64,000 nucleotides of DNA from Octopus bimaculoides (taxonomy: Eukaryota): assembly GCF_001194135.2 (NCBI RefSeq), contig NC_068986.1, positions 58,173,163-58,237,162 of the forward strand, written 5' to 3'. Shown here piece after piece: positions 27,776 through 41,446 of this stretch. Numbering within the stretch: position 1 is the first letter of the stretch; every line of letters starts with the position of its first letter. The position numbers and the translations under genes were made by a program. The notes under the pieces are model-generated. The model saw only the letters and a list, made by a program, of their open reading frames with translations. It made no database searches and was not told the origin of the DNA.

Positions 27776-28958
27776 CAAATAAGTAACAGCAGAGTAATAG
27801 CGGTGATGGTTAGATGCTTTAAATGAACGATGGACCCGAAATTCTCACAAATGGGTGAATTTGAGGAAGCTGTTCAGAGTATTAGCACTTCTATATCCAC
27901 TATTTTGGAAAGGCTAGTTATCCGCCAAATCTCATACGCCTTCTCCCAACTCACAATAGTGTACCAATGTGAAAAATCCTTAGACCGACGAAGGCAAGTT
28001 AACTTTTAGAGACGATAAAGCTTCCGGGTATATGACTCTACAATCTTTGTTTCAATGTCTGGCTGAAGCTACTCACACAACGTCATTTCCTTTGAAAAAA
28101 AAAAAAAAAAGAACGACATAACTTCCATTTACCACCCACACTATGCATTCGATGTACCGCCGAAAACGTAGCACCGATTGTAAAGCGGTTGCTCCTTTCA
28201 GCTGTCGCAAACATCATCAACAGCATAGCCAAATGAAGGAATCGTTTCAACTTGTTAGAAACAGCAGTCAAATTTCATTTAAATCTGTCTTTCAAAAATA
28301 ATAGCGCACACTGGATAACACGGACTGGGATACACTGTTTGAATGAATAAAAAAAATGCGATGGCTTTAATTGGAATGTGTTTATTTGATCATGAAGCCG
28401 AACTATTATTGCTGACTTGGGACTAAATAATATCAATGACACATCTTACCACTAACAACATTAACCGATCGATCTTCCGTCTATTACGACGATGAGCATT
28501 CAGTTGTTCAATCAACTGAACGACCGAAAGTGGCTCGGTATTCCAGAAACAGTGCGTCTTCTTTTAATGTAACTTAATTACATTTAAATAACAGGTACAA
28601 TCCATCCGACGAATAGCCACTTACAAGGTTTGAGTCGGCCCGCAAGTACTTGCCCAAGATGCCTTGCGACAGATTCGAACCCAGAAACTGTTTAAATCAT
28701 TCGACTATATTTGTGCCCTGGTAACGCTGTCAATAACTTAGTGTAGCTAGTACCCACTGACACGACCATCATCACAGCCTTTGTAGTCACTACCACGAAA
28801 ACCAACGCCACCACTAACAACAGGCACAATTACCACTACTAACAAGAATAGACTAGAACCATTAATTACCAGCCACCATCGCCACAACGGCAGCAACAAC
28901 GGTATTACCACCACGGTTTCTTTCACCACTAATAACATCAAAACAACTGTCACCATCG

Positions 28959-28989
<31 letters not shown>

Positions 28990-29592
28990 AAGAAAATATC
29001 ATCAATGCTAACAGCTTTACCGCCGACGCCAACAGCAGCATATGAGTCAACGAAGGTGCCTCAAGAAGGATGCTTGACTTACTAGAAATAGCGGCCAAAT
29101 TTCACTTCAGTCACATCATGCGGTTTCAGGTTGCATGCATATAAGGGGAAAAGGGCCCAATCGGGACTAAACAACACCACCATTACCACCATCATCGCAT
29201 CGACCAACGAGGGAGCCGCGAAGTGGCCGCAGATCTCACTAAACAGGTAGTCTTCATTTCCATGTAAATGGTGGCGGGGAGAGCGAGACATGATGGTCAC
29301 GGCTGGAATAGCTTTTTTCACATGTCAAAGCTATACAACTGAACTTTAGGCAACCACCACCACCACCACTGTCATTATTATTAACACCATCACCAACATC
29401 ACCGATACACGACTACAATTAATAACACCGTGGCGGCTGCCAATCCCTCTGCTAACTCCCACATTCACTTAATTATTTTGTTAACTTTTTTTATTATTTG
29501 TAGTTTTACTATTCACAACTTTACTTTTTCTTTTTTGTTTTCATATTTTTCCCTCAATTTACTTCACCCTTTTTAGCTTTCTCACACACTTT

Positions 29593-29668
<76 letters not shown>

Positions 29669-30144
29669 TATTTCCTTTCCACTCTTCAAGTCTATGATTG
29701 CAATTATTTCTACTTTTCTAATCGGCCATCACTCTCATTCATTATAACAGGCCATCTATCTATCCAATTACACACGCACGTGTATATATATATNNNNNNN
29801 NNNNNNNNNNNNNNNNNNNNNNNNNNNNNNNNNNNNNNNNNNNNNNNNNNNNNNNNNNNNNNNNNNNNNNNNNNNNNNNNNNNNNNNNNNNNNNNNNNNN
29901 NNNNNNNNNNNNNNNNNNNNNNNNNNNNNNNNNNNNNNNNNNNNNNNNNNNNNNNNNNNNNNNNNNNNNNNNNNNNNNNNNNNNNNNNNNNNNNNNNNNN
30001 NNNNNNNNNNNNNNNNNNNNNNNNNNNNNNNNNNNNNNNNNNNNNNNNNNNNNNNNNNNNNNNNNNNNNNNNNNNNNNNNNNNNNNNNNNNNNNNNNNNN
30101 NNNNNNNNNNNNNNNNNNNNNNNNNNNNNNNNNNNNNNNNNNNN

Positions 30145-30185
<41 letters not shown>

Positions 30186-30189
30186 GTAT

Positions 30190-30351
30190 ATACAACGGGC
30201 TTCTTCCAGTTTCCATCTACCAAATCCACTCACAAGACTTTGGTCGGCCCGAGGCAATAGTAGAAGACACTTGCCTAAGGTGCCACGCAGTGAGACTGCA
30301 CTCGGAGTCATGTGGTTGGTAAGCAAGCTACTTACTGTACAGCCACTCCTG
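30190..30351 (-). mobile_element. SINE-B 5' half
   Basis: acaacgggcttcttccagtttcc...ggtcggcccgaggcaatagtagaagacacttgcc...cagccactcct. Confidence 0.88.
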
Positions 30352-30469
30352 CGCCAACGTATATATATACATACATATTTGGACACGTATATACAACACA
30401 TATATGCATATATGTATATATGCGTACGCTTACCGATACATGCATACATACATACATACATATATGTGT

Positions 30470-30630
30470 CTTGTTTATGTTCCCGTCCCTTTTTTGTCCA
30501 GGTTTTTTTGACGTCCTGTACCCGGATATGTGTCTATATATACATGTAGATGTAGATATGTACATATATGTATGTATATATGCATATGCTCACATATCAT
30601 TTGTATTATTATTATTATTATATATATATA
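30470..30630 (+). repeat. Dispersed repeat family D, copy 1 (others at about 37818-37950 + and about 45500-45710 -)
   Basis: Shared core acgtcctgtacc(c)gatatg..t(a/c)tatatacatgtagatgtag.tatgtacata in three places. Confidence 0.8.
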
Positions 30631-31797
30631 TAATGGACTTTCTTAAGAGTTTGTGTTGAAAGTATTCGTCGGCTATATAGAAGGCATTTTCCCAGGTTGC
30701 CACCCTGTAGGACTGAACCAAAAATAACGTGGTAACTAAGTGAACTTCTTAACCATATAGCCATGTTTGTGTGTGTACAAATAGATGTACGACTGCTACT
30801 CTTAAGTTTAGAGCTCCACGTAGGATAATCCTCGTCCAGTCTGCTTCTAGTATAGTATTTAAGCAACTACTATACTTAATGGTAATGCTGGTTATGATAT
30901 ACAGAGCAAACTCGTGTTCATCGTAATTTCTCATATACATTATATGTAAGTGTATATATGTGTGTGTGTGTATATAAACATACAGTATTATTCTAATACA
31001 TTTTATGTATTTCTCCCTATTAAATTCTCCTTCCTTCTCTCGATCCTTACCCTTTCCTCCTCCCCTTCCTGCCTCCATTTACCAGCAACAAAGTGAACTC
31101 CCACTAACAATACTACCGTCGCTGCCAACGTTACAAAACTGCAACTAACGAAGAAGTAATTACGCGAGCAGCTAAATCCCCCTTAAATTACACATTACAG
31201 CCTTAAAAAAAGAAATAACATAAAACACTGTAGTCTTATAAACAATATACCTGACTTTAGAAAATGTATGATTGCAGGTGGAATGCATGTCACAGGATAG
31301 ATCTGTTGGACTCCAGATGACCTAGGGCTAACACACACAACACGCGCGCATACACATTCACCCCCCACATACACATATATTAATGTTTGTTTTGATATGA
31401 AGTTAAATGCAAAACCAATTTAACATTAAACTAAAGGGTAATCACTTAACTTTTTCGCAGAATACATATTTATTAATTTTTACAAAGAGAAAGTTGACAG
31501 AGACTTCGAAGTTTCGGCTTCACGTCGAGGTCACTGTGAATCCTATTGTTGCGAAGCTACACACACGCACCACGAGATTCGGCGCAGTTTCCCTCTACCA
31601 AATTCATCCCAAAGACATTGATTGGTTATAATAATAATAAAAAAAGAAACCACTCGAAATAGGATAGCGTATTGGGACTGAACCCGAAACCACGTGTTTG
31701 CGAAATGAACTTCTCAACCACGCACATGTGCGAGCGCATCTGTGCGCGTGCGCGTGCGATGAGAGAGAGAGAGAAGACAGCAGTGCATAGATAACAA

Positions 31798-32105
31798 AAT
31801 TAAGAAGTGGGAGTGCGTCAGAGCGACATAACAGCAAACCGTAACTAGGAAAGAGATACCAAGGCATAGATATACAGAGAGGGAGAGTGGAGTACTGTAA
31901 AACACGCGTAGAGAGCGTAGAAGAGATTCAGATTATGTGTGTGTGTACGCGTGTGTGTTCACATGCACATACATGTAGTTCTACGCTATCTGGAAGCTTG
32001 TTTCACTATACTTACATTCCTTCTCTCTCTATATGTTACATCTCTCTTACACTCCTACTCTCAGTTTGCCTTTACATCTCTCTGACGCACTCCCACTTCT
32101 TAATT
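31798..32105. repeat. Inverted repeat: perfect 26-bp arms (31798-31823 / 32080-32105) within a longer imperfect foldback
   Basis: aattaagaagtgggagtgcgtcagag and its exact reverse complement ctctgacgcactcccacttcttaatt. Confidence 0.9.
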
Positions 32106-32944
32106 ATGTATCTGTGCACTTCTCTCTCCCCCCTCTCTGTCTGTCTGTCTGTCTCTGTCTCTGTCTCTGTCTCTCCCCCTCTCTCTATATATATATATCT
32201 ATATATCCATCTATTTCACGCTGTTTTCCTGTCTGTTGTTACCGACTATCTTTTCTCACTTTTACTCTCCCTTTTAAGTCTGTGCCTCTTTCTCCTCCTC
32301 CTCCTCCTCATGCATACACATAAAAATCGTCGCACATTTCTGTTCATTCTTCTACAGCTACATCTCACTTTATATCGACACCATCGAAATACTACAACTA
32401 CTAGTAGTAGTAGCACTAGTAATAGCAGCAGCAATGGAAGCAGTCAGACCCAACAGTAAAGCCCTTTGGGTGTGTGTTGCCTAAAACATAGCACCTAAAT
32501 CTCCCTCCTCGAATCACATATCTTACAATTTTTGTTTTGTTGGCTTAAGTCACTGGACCTGAGGCCATACTGGGGCACCACCTTGAAGTCTTTAGTGCAT
32601 CAAATTGATCTCCGATCTTATTTTAAGTGACTTATGCACTTTTGCCGAACTGCTAAGTATCGAAGATTAAAAAAAACAAAAAACCCCAGCCCAAACATGT
32701 AGTCCTAAGTAGTTCTACAAACCTTAAGCAACAACCACTAACACTGACACAGCAGAGCGGCACTTACACAACTGCTGTTGGTACTACAGCTGCTTCAAGT
32801 ATTCCAGGAAATCCAACACCGGCATTGAAGACGCTACATTCACCCCCACCCCCACCCCCATCATCTCACGGAAAACTACAATCAATATCTCCATGACAGT
32901 AAAATATCAAAAGAAGAGATGATCACCGTTGGAAATCATTCATT

Positions 32945-33299
32945 TTTTACTTGTTTCAGTCATCAGATAGCGGCCATGCTGGGGTACCGTCTTGAAGAAT
33001 TTTAGTCAAACGAACCTACCCCAGGACTTATTTTTTAAAGCCAGGTATTTATTTTATCTTTCTGGTGAGATGTTAGTTTACGGGGACGGAAACACACCAG
33101 CATTGGTTGTCAAGCGGTGGTGAGGGACAAATATAAACACTAAAACACACACGCACGTATGTGTATACAACGGGCTTCTTCCAGTTTCCGTCTAGCAAAT
33201 CCATTCACAAGGCAATGGTCGGCCCGAGGCGAAAGCAGAAGACACTGAACCCTGAGCTATGTGGTCAGGATACGAACTTCTTACCATGCAGCCACGCCT
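32945..33299 (-). mobile_element. SINE-B, near full length
   Basis: tttacttgtttcagtcat...gcggccatgctgg...acaacgggcttcttccagtttccgtc...ggtcggcccgagg...cagccacgcct. Confidence 0.88.
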
Positions 33300-34257
33300 A
33301 CGTCTATTTTTGATTAATCCTAAATATACAAAAATGATAGGATCGTCACGGCTAGAACCACTTTGGGCTGAAATGGAACCGAACAACAACACTAACACCA
33401 CCACTGTGACTAACACTGTCGTTACCATCAACATCATTTCGCTTCCTCACTCTCTTTACACTGTGTCCCAGAGCTACTTTAAAGTAGTTGGTTGCGGCAG
33501 AGCGGAATCACGTTGGATACAGGAGTTGTCTTTAAAATTTCATATTTATATGCCTTTATAAATGTTTAAAAATTCAATCCAAAGGCAGGTGAGATTTTTG
33601 AATACTGAGTGACTTCCATCTAACAAAATGTTGTTACCAAAATGTTGTTGATGTTTCTGATATCGGTGTTGTTTAGTTCCTGGGTAGCTCTGATTGAGGG
33701 AGTCATATGCATACATATAAATTGTGGCTTTGTGGTAAGAAGTTTGCTTTTCAAACACATGGTTCAGAAAATCCATGAAAGCCTTGTTCCACCATTGCCG
33801 CAGTCAAGTGAGTGAAATAAGTGAAAGATATATATATATATATATATGTATGTATATATATATATATATATNNNNNNNNNNNNNNNNNNNNNNNNNNNNN
33901 NNNNNNNNNNNNNNNNNNNNNNNNNNNNNNNNNNNNNNNNNNNNNNNNNNNNNNNNNNNNNNNNNNNNNNNNNNNNNNNNNNNNNNNNNNNNNNNNNNNN
34001 NNNNNNNNNNNNNNNNNNNNNNNNNNNNNNNNNNNNNNNNNNNNNNNNNNNNNNNNNNNNNNNNNNNNNNNNNNNNNNNNNNNNNNNNNNNNNNNNNNNN
34101 NNNNNNNNNNNNNNNNNNNNNNNNNNNNNNNNNNNNNNNNNNNNNNNNNNNNNNNNNNNNNNNCTCATTCGCTCGGCGCTCAATGAAAGTAAATAAATAT
34201 AACAAGTGGTAATTAAAATAGCAGGATCTAATGAAATATGCATTTGCACTCTCTCCC

Positions 34258-34313
<56 letters not shown>

Positions 34314-35018
34314 TGTCTCTCACTCTCACGAATGCGTTGTGTTCTTAAGCAAAACACTCCATTACACATTGTTCCTGTCCACCTAGCTGTAAATGAGTTG
34401 GAGCAATAATGAGAAGTTAACTCTGCAACAGACGAGCGATCTGTTCAAGAGAGAGTATTGTCATCTCAGTCACTTATACGCTATACAAATCAAGTTAAGC
34501 TCTGGCCTTATGAGTCTTAAGGCTCATAACAGACCTAAATCCTAAGTAATTGTTACTAATTACATTTAAAAACAATGACGAATAGGAAACTCCCGATGAA
34601 GATTGTGTATGAAATACTGCATTAACGCTTTCAAAGTCAATATTTCTTGATTTCATTATTTTGTCATCTTTTCATGTGTGCCTCGTAAGAAATAAGCACT
34701 TATCTTTTCATTTTTGTTTGTTTGTTTTGTTACATTATTTATCAGTTTCTGTATGCATGAAGGAGACCTTTCTGCTGGTATTGTAGATGCCATTTAAAAA
34801 AAATTTTTTTTTACAAATTCTCGAAAACAAAGGCCAAACACTATTTTAAAAAGAAGTCCTACCTTCGTTTATTCTAGTGAAACTAACTCTAGACTTCTTC
34901 AGAGTGTTTTGCTTTTTAAAAATCCAAAGTAAAATGTTCATCTACTTTGGTAATGTCCAAATCTCCAATCACTTCCAGCTATCAAGAGTAACTGTGTCAT
35001 TAAGACAGCTCAGCAGTT

Positions 35019-35240
35019 AATAATAATCCTTTCTACTAAAGGCACAAGGCCTGAAATTTGGTGGAGGCGGATAGTCGATTATATGGACCCTAGTGTTTCA
35101 CTGGTACTTAATTTACCGACCCCGGAACGATGAAGAACAAAGTCGACCTCGGCGGAATTTGAACTCAAGAAGTAACGGTAGACCAAATAATGCTAAGCAT
35201 TTCGCTCGGCGTGCTAATGATCCTGCCAGTTCGTCGCCTT
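35019..35240 (-). mobile_element. SINE-A full length
   Basis: taataatcctttctactaaaggcacaaggcctgaaatt...gtcgacctcggcggaatttgaactc...ccagttcgtcgcctt. Confidence 0.9.
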
Positions 35241-36054
35241 TCAGCCTTTAATAAAAATGATCTTTTCTACAACAGACAAAATTTTAGGTACGGGGGATAC
35301 ACGATTACATCAACCTCTGTGCTCGACTGGCTCTTAATAGTTGTAATAACGGTAATAATAATCACTTCCGAAATAAGTTCAAGTACGACCGTGTGGTTAA
35401 GAAGTTTACATTGCAGCCCTGTGATTCCATGTTTGATTCAACTGTACAGCATCTTGGGATTCTACGACACTTTGAATTGATTAATTCGCATGTGTAGAAC
35501 TTAGCAGACGGAAGTTATGCAGAAGTACGTCGTGTGCATGTATATACATGAATATATATATATATATATATACATGAATATATATNNNNNNNNNNNNNNN
35601 NNNNNNNNNNNNNNNNNNNNNNNNNNNNNNNNNNNNNNNNNNNNNNNNNNNNNNNNNNNNNNNNNNNNNNNNNNNNNNNNNNNNNNNNNNNNNNNNNNNN
35701 NNNNNNNNNNNNNNNNNNNNNNNNNNNNNNNNNNNNNNNNNNNNNNNNNNNNNNNNNNNNNNNNNNNNNNNNNNNNNNNNNNNNNNNNNNNNNNNNNNNN
35801 NNNNNNNNNNNNNNNNNNNNNNNNNNNNNNNNNNNNNNNNNNNATATATATATATATATATACCGGAGTAAGCATAAATAAACACAAGCATATTTCTGCT
35901 GCTTTTAAATAAAGTATATATATATATATGTATATATGAATGTACATTTGTATATATATGTATATATATGGGTGTATATTTGTATATATATATATTTATA
36001 TATATATATGTTTGTGTGTATGTATATGCATATATGTATGTATATTCTTTTATT

Positions 36055-36499
36055 CGTTGCAGTCATTTGACTGAAGCCATGCTGGAGCACCGCCTTTAGT
36101 CGAAGAAATCGACCCCAGCACTTATTCTTTGTAAGCCTAGTACTTATTCTGTGGTAAGTAGCTTGCTTACCAACCACATGGTTCCGGATTCAGTCCTACT
36201 GCGTGGCACCTTGCGCAAGTGTCTTCTACTATAGCCTCGGGCCGACCAAAGACTTGTGAGTGGATTTGGTAGACGGAAACTAAAAGAAGCCCGTCGTATA
36301 TATATATATGTGTGTATGTGTGTGTGTGCATGTGTGTGTGTGTATGTTTATATGTGTATTTGTCCCCCCAACGTCGCTTCACAACCGATGCTGATGTGTT
36401 TACGTCTCCGTAAACTAGCGGTTCGGCAAAAGACCGATAGAATGAGTACTAGGCTTACAAAGAATAAGTCCTGGGATCGATTTGCTCGACTAAAGGCGG
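36055..36499. mobile_element. SINE-B composite: inverted 3' tail (36055-36150, -) fused to a + strand copy (36151-36499)
   Basis: The 61-bp arms 36090-36150 and 36439-36499 are reverse complements with about 5 mismatches; junction tacttattct|gtggtaagtagc. Confidence 0.88.
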
Positions 36500-37557
36500 G
36501 ATTTGAACATTGAGCGCAGAAAGCAGGAACAAATACCACAAAACATTCTATACTTGGCTGCAATGACCCAATCAATCCACCGTTATTTAGTTGCGTTTGT
36601 AAAATGCCATGTTTTCTAGGTTATTCTTGTTTACTCCAAGTCTGATCGATGATTAAAGGCATTCAGTCAAGAGGGGGAATTAAGATTTTTGTCTTTGATA
36701 CCTCAGATTGCACTACCCAATCTGTCCTTTTCTGGATGAATTCAAGAAAATTAAGCTACTTTTTTCCTCGTGTGTCTATATAGAGGCTCTCACATTTACG
36801 TAGCCCGGTCAAGCTATTTTCACCCCCAACGTTAGAAGGAGGAAAATTACAAATTTTAATATACAAACTTTAGACTTCTTCACTAATATTAACAAGCTAC
36901 AGTATTGAATTTTACATCTATCGATCTTTAACCAGCTATACTAGTGAGTTTTGTCGTTATCGATCTTTCAGAAGCCTTCAATCTGATTATCTTTTTCTCC
37001 GTATAAGTTGACCCCTAGAGGTCTGTAATATTCCCAAAAAGAACAGATGAATGTGGAGCTCAAACGGATTATAATAGCATTTTCATCTCTTGACCAAAAT
37101 ATACTGAGAAACCGAACAGCAGGAACTTTATCTTTATCGATTTTGATCTATATACCGGTTTTTCAATCAAATATTTTTTATTTACCTTTTCTTTTTCTTT
37201 TTTATTTTCTGTATTTTATCAATAATGACTTCAGCTCTCTCGGGTTACATGATGCCCCTAGAGTGGTCGGCTTGAAAGAAGAATGTGTTTGTTTTCAACA
37301 GGAATATGGTAGTGTTACTTTAAAAAAAATTCTTTTACTGGCTTCAGTTTGTGGATTGCGACCATGCTGGAGTACTACTTTTACATTTCTAGTCAATCAT
37401 ATTGACCACAATACGTTTTCTAATAGTTTTTTTTTCTTCTCAATTTGTATTTATCAAATGGCTAAATTCACATTAACATAAAAGAATACTCAATACCCAA
37501 ATACAATGTAAATTTTTGTTCGACACCTATTATTGGCCATCTGTCACCGATACATAC

Positions 37558-37625
<68 letters not shown>

Positions 37626-38042
37626 CTAACTACTCCTTTACTGCATACTGAGCAGGGCCATCTACCTGAAGGGGTTTGTGTTTTATCTACCTTCCTACTT
37701 ATTAGGATTTTGTTTTTGCTAGGTCGACTCTAAGGCCCTTCGATTCTAGTCCTTGCTTCCTTGTCTTCGAAACGTCTAGATAGAATAGAGACAGCTGATG
37801 AAGGGATATTCCAAGGGGCTTTCCGTTTTCCTATGTGTTCGTTCCGTTGTCTGTAGTTTATTGTTCTAACGTCCTGTACCCTGATATGCATGTATATACA
37901 CATGTAGATGTAAGTATGTACATATATGTGTGTATACATGTATATATATTCTNNNNNNNNNNNNNNNNNNNNNNNNNNNNNNNNNNNNNNNNNNNNNNNN
38001 NNNNNNNNNNNNNNNNNNNNNNNNNNNNNNNNNNNNNNNNNN

Positions 38043-38074
<32 letters not shown>

Positions 38075-38821
38075 AACGTAAGATACATAGACGTGTATGT
38101 GTGTGTGGGGGGTATGGGTGTGTTTATGTATATACAATCAGCCGGTGAGATCAGAGATGATCAGTATAGAAAACACGTAGTAGTGCTCAAATGATTTAAA
38201 CTCCGAAGTCTTTATCGGAACTAGGTCCATGGGCTATAGCCACTATTTATGTATATATATAATTAATCATTTGTAGGATTCATTCGAATCAAGGTATTCT
38301 AATAATAACAATGCTAAGTCAGGGTCAGGGTTAGCTTATCGGTGCGAATAGAGTATACGGACATTCACGCATACATCAATGTCCTAACACTACGTATACA
38401 TGCACATGAACAAATCAATAAACACATTCATATAAGAATAATTATGTATGGAAAATATATATATGTGCATGCCGTCTAGCAGATTTACGATTCCCTGTGA
38501 ATTCCAGATCCAATGTAGGGAAGGTTCCAGGTGTGGTGTTTACATAAAGAAAGGGTATATATATAAGAAAAGACGTGACAAAGGGATAAACGATTATCTG
38601 ATAAATTTCACTGGCTTACAGCTGTTTCTACTATGGGATGCAGTGGATTCATAACTGAATGCTTCAGTACAACCTTAACTTTCATCGTTTATCTCATTAT
38701 CATCTGGGGGTTTTTTGGGGTTTTTTTTTGTTTTCTTTTTGTAACGACTCTGTACTCGACGAAGCCTCCGTTTAGAAACGACGTATATTGAATTTTACAC
38801 CAGCTTATTAGTATCGCAATG

Positions 38822-38868
38822 CCTCTACCATATCCACCTCTACCATATCCACCTCTACCATATCCACC
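38822..38868. repeat. 15-bp minisatellite (cctctaccatatcca) x3
   Basis: Direct reading. Confidence 0.95.
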
Positions 38869-38887
38869 CCTGTTCTTACTACTACAG

Positions 38888-38942
<55 letters not shown>

Positions 38943-39507
38943 NNNNNNNNNNNNNNNNNNNNNNNNNNNNNNNNNNNNNNNNNNNNNNNNNNNNNNNNNN
39001 NNNNNNNNNNNNNNNNNNNNNNNNNNNNNNNNNNNNNNNNNNNNNNNNNNNNNNNNNNNNNNNNNNNNNNNNNNNNNNNNNNNNNNNNNNNNNNNNNNNN
39101 NNNNNNNNNNNNNNNNNNNNNNNNNNNNNNNNNNNNNNNNNNNNNNNNNNNNNNNNNNNNNNNNNNNNNNNNNNNNNNNNNNNNNNNNNNNNNNNNNNNN
39201 NNNNNNNNNNNNNNNNNNNNNNNNNNNNNNNNNNNNNNNNNNNNNNNNNNNNNNNNNNNNNNNNNNNNNNNNNNNNNNNNNNNNNNNNNNNNNNNNNNNN
39301 NNNNNNNNNNNNNNNNNNNNNNNNNNNNNNNNNGTAAATTATACATATATATATTATGTATATATATATATATGTATATATATTTATATATATATATGTG
39401 TATATATATGTATTATGCATATGTATGTATATATGTACATATCTATCTATCGCTCTCTCTCTCCCTCTCTCTCTCCCTCTCTCTCTCCCTCTCTCCCTTC
39501 CCCCCCC

Positions 39508-39546
<39 letters not shown>

Positions 39547-39922
39547 GTTAAGATTAAAGTGTAATGTTTGTGTATTTTAATCGATGAGCTTCCATAAAAT
39601 TTCCGTCGGACAAATTTCAGTTAAGTCATTCCTCAACTCGAGACGATAGAATACAACTCTTGCCTATAGTATCACACAGTGAGTTCGAACCCAGAATCAT
39701 GTGACCTCGATGCAAAATTCTTAACTACAATAACCACACTGTTCAAAAATTTCATTCCGAGAATCTCTTTGCCTTCAAATAATGCATTTCATTATTCCAT
39801 TGGTGATTCATTTTGACAACAGCTTGAAGATGTGGCATCGACCAGAGAAAGGAACTGGTTATCTAAGCTTGAATGTTTTTCCATTTTTTGAAGAAGCTGG
39901 GACTCATATGTAAATAATGATT

Positions 39923-39978
<56 letters not shown>

Positions 39979-40817
39979 TATAAATATATAGTTTCAAATT
40001 TTGGCACACGACCAGAAATTTCGGGTGTGGGGGAAAATCGATTATATAGACCCCAGTTGATNNNNNNNNNNNNNNNNNNNNNNNNNNNNNNNNNNNNNNN
40101 NNNNNNNNNNNNNNNNNNNNNNNNNNNNNNNNNNNNNNNNNNNNNNNNNNNNNNNNNNNNNNNNNNNNNNNNNNNNNNNNNNNNNNNNNNNNNNNNNNNN
40201 NNNNNNNNNNNNNNNNNNNNNNNNNNNNNNNNNNNNNNNNNNNNNNNNNNNNNNNNNNNNNNNNNNNNNNNNNNNNNNNNNNNNNNNNNNNNNNNNNNNN
40301 NNNNNNNNNNNNNNNNNNNNNNNNNNNNNNNNNNNNNNNNNNNNNNNNNNNNNNNNNNNNNNNNNNNNNNNNNNNNNNNNNNNNNNNNNNNNNNNNNNNN
40401 NNNNNNNNNNNNNNNNNNNNNNNNNNNNNNNNNNNNNNNNNNNNNNNNNNNNNNNNNNNNNNNNNNNNNNNNNNNNNNNNNNNNNNNNNNNNNNNNNNNN
40501 NNNNNNNNNNNNNNNNNNNNNNNNNNNNNNNNNNNNNNNNNNNNNNNNNNNNNNNNNNNNNNNNNNNNNNNNNNNNNNNNNNNNNNNNNNNNNNNNNNNN
40601 NNNNNNNNNNNNNNNNNNNNNNNNNNNNNNNNNNNNNNNNNNNNNNNNNNNNNNNNNNNNNNNNNNNNNNNNNNNNNNNNNNNNNNNNNNNNNNNNNNNN
40701 NNNNNNNNNNNNNNNNNNNNNNNNNNNNNNNNNNNNNNNNNNNNNNNNNNNNNNNNNNNNNNNNNNNNNNNNNNNNNNNNNNNNNNNNNNNNNNNNNNNN
40801 NNNNNNNNNNNNNNNNN

Positions 40818-40871
<54 letters not shown>

Positions 40872-41383
40872 CACATATATGTGTGTGTGAGTTCAAACAT
40901 TCATCTAGCTTCTTTATATAACTGAAACCCGCCACCCGTTACTTAGAAAATGTAGTATTGGTATACTGCTAGTGAAGGAAGAGACGGAATGGTCAAGGTC
41001 AGTGTGTACTTGGTCATAGTTCTACTTGATTAAGAGATGATCTGGACTTAATGAACTATAAGAACTAATCGTCTCATTTCCTTGCAGATCGACATATTAC
41101 AGGAAGCATTGGTAAAGAAGGTGTGTCACTCCAATGTATGGTATCACCTTATATGATGATATCTTAGAATTTTGTTTGAGATATCTTTTGTCGAATTATT
41201 GTATGAAAGGTTAGCTCTATGTCCAGGTAGAATGAAATGGAAATGTTTGCTTTGTTTTTGGAAAAATATCAGACATAAAACATCTTTTAACTCAGTATAT
41301 AGGCACATATGAGGATGTGCGCGTATGTATGTATGTGTATGTGCGTATGTATGTGTGTGTGTGTGTACGTATACATGCATACA

Positions 41384-41446
<63 letters not shown>

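Noticed and set aside
27830-28080. Possible decayed LINE RT fragment
   Set aside because: No frame gave more than scattered motif-like residues.
36945-37000. FVVIDLSEAFNLI resembling the RT motif IDxxKAFD
   Set aside because: Single short motif with no supporting flanking motifs; possibly an old LINE scrap but not supportable.
37765-37815. Permuted hammerhead (GAAACGUC ... CUGAUGA)
   Set aside because: Stem I and stem II could not be formed convincingly in this copy; kept only as a lead under family D.
38689-38912. RGGYG x3 peptide suggesting an RGG RNA-binding protein exon on the minus strand
   Set aside because: It arises from a 15-bp minisatellite; the upstream sequence on that strand is (GA)n/(TA)n with no pyrimidine tract or start.
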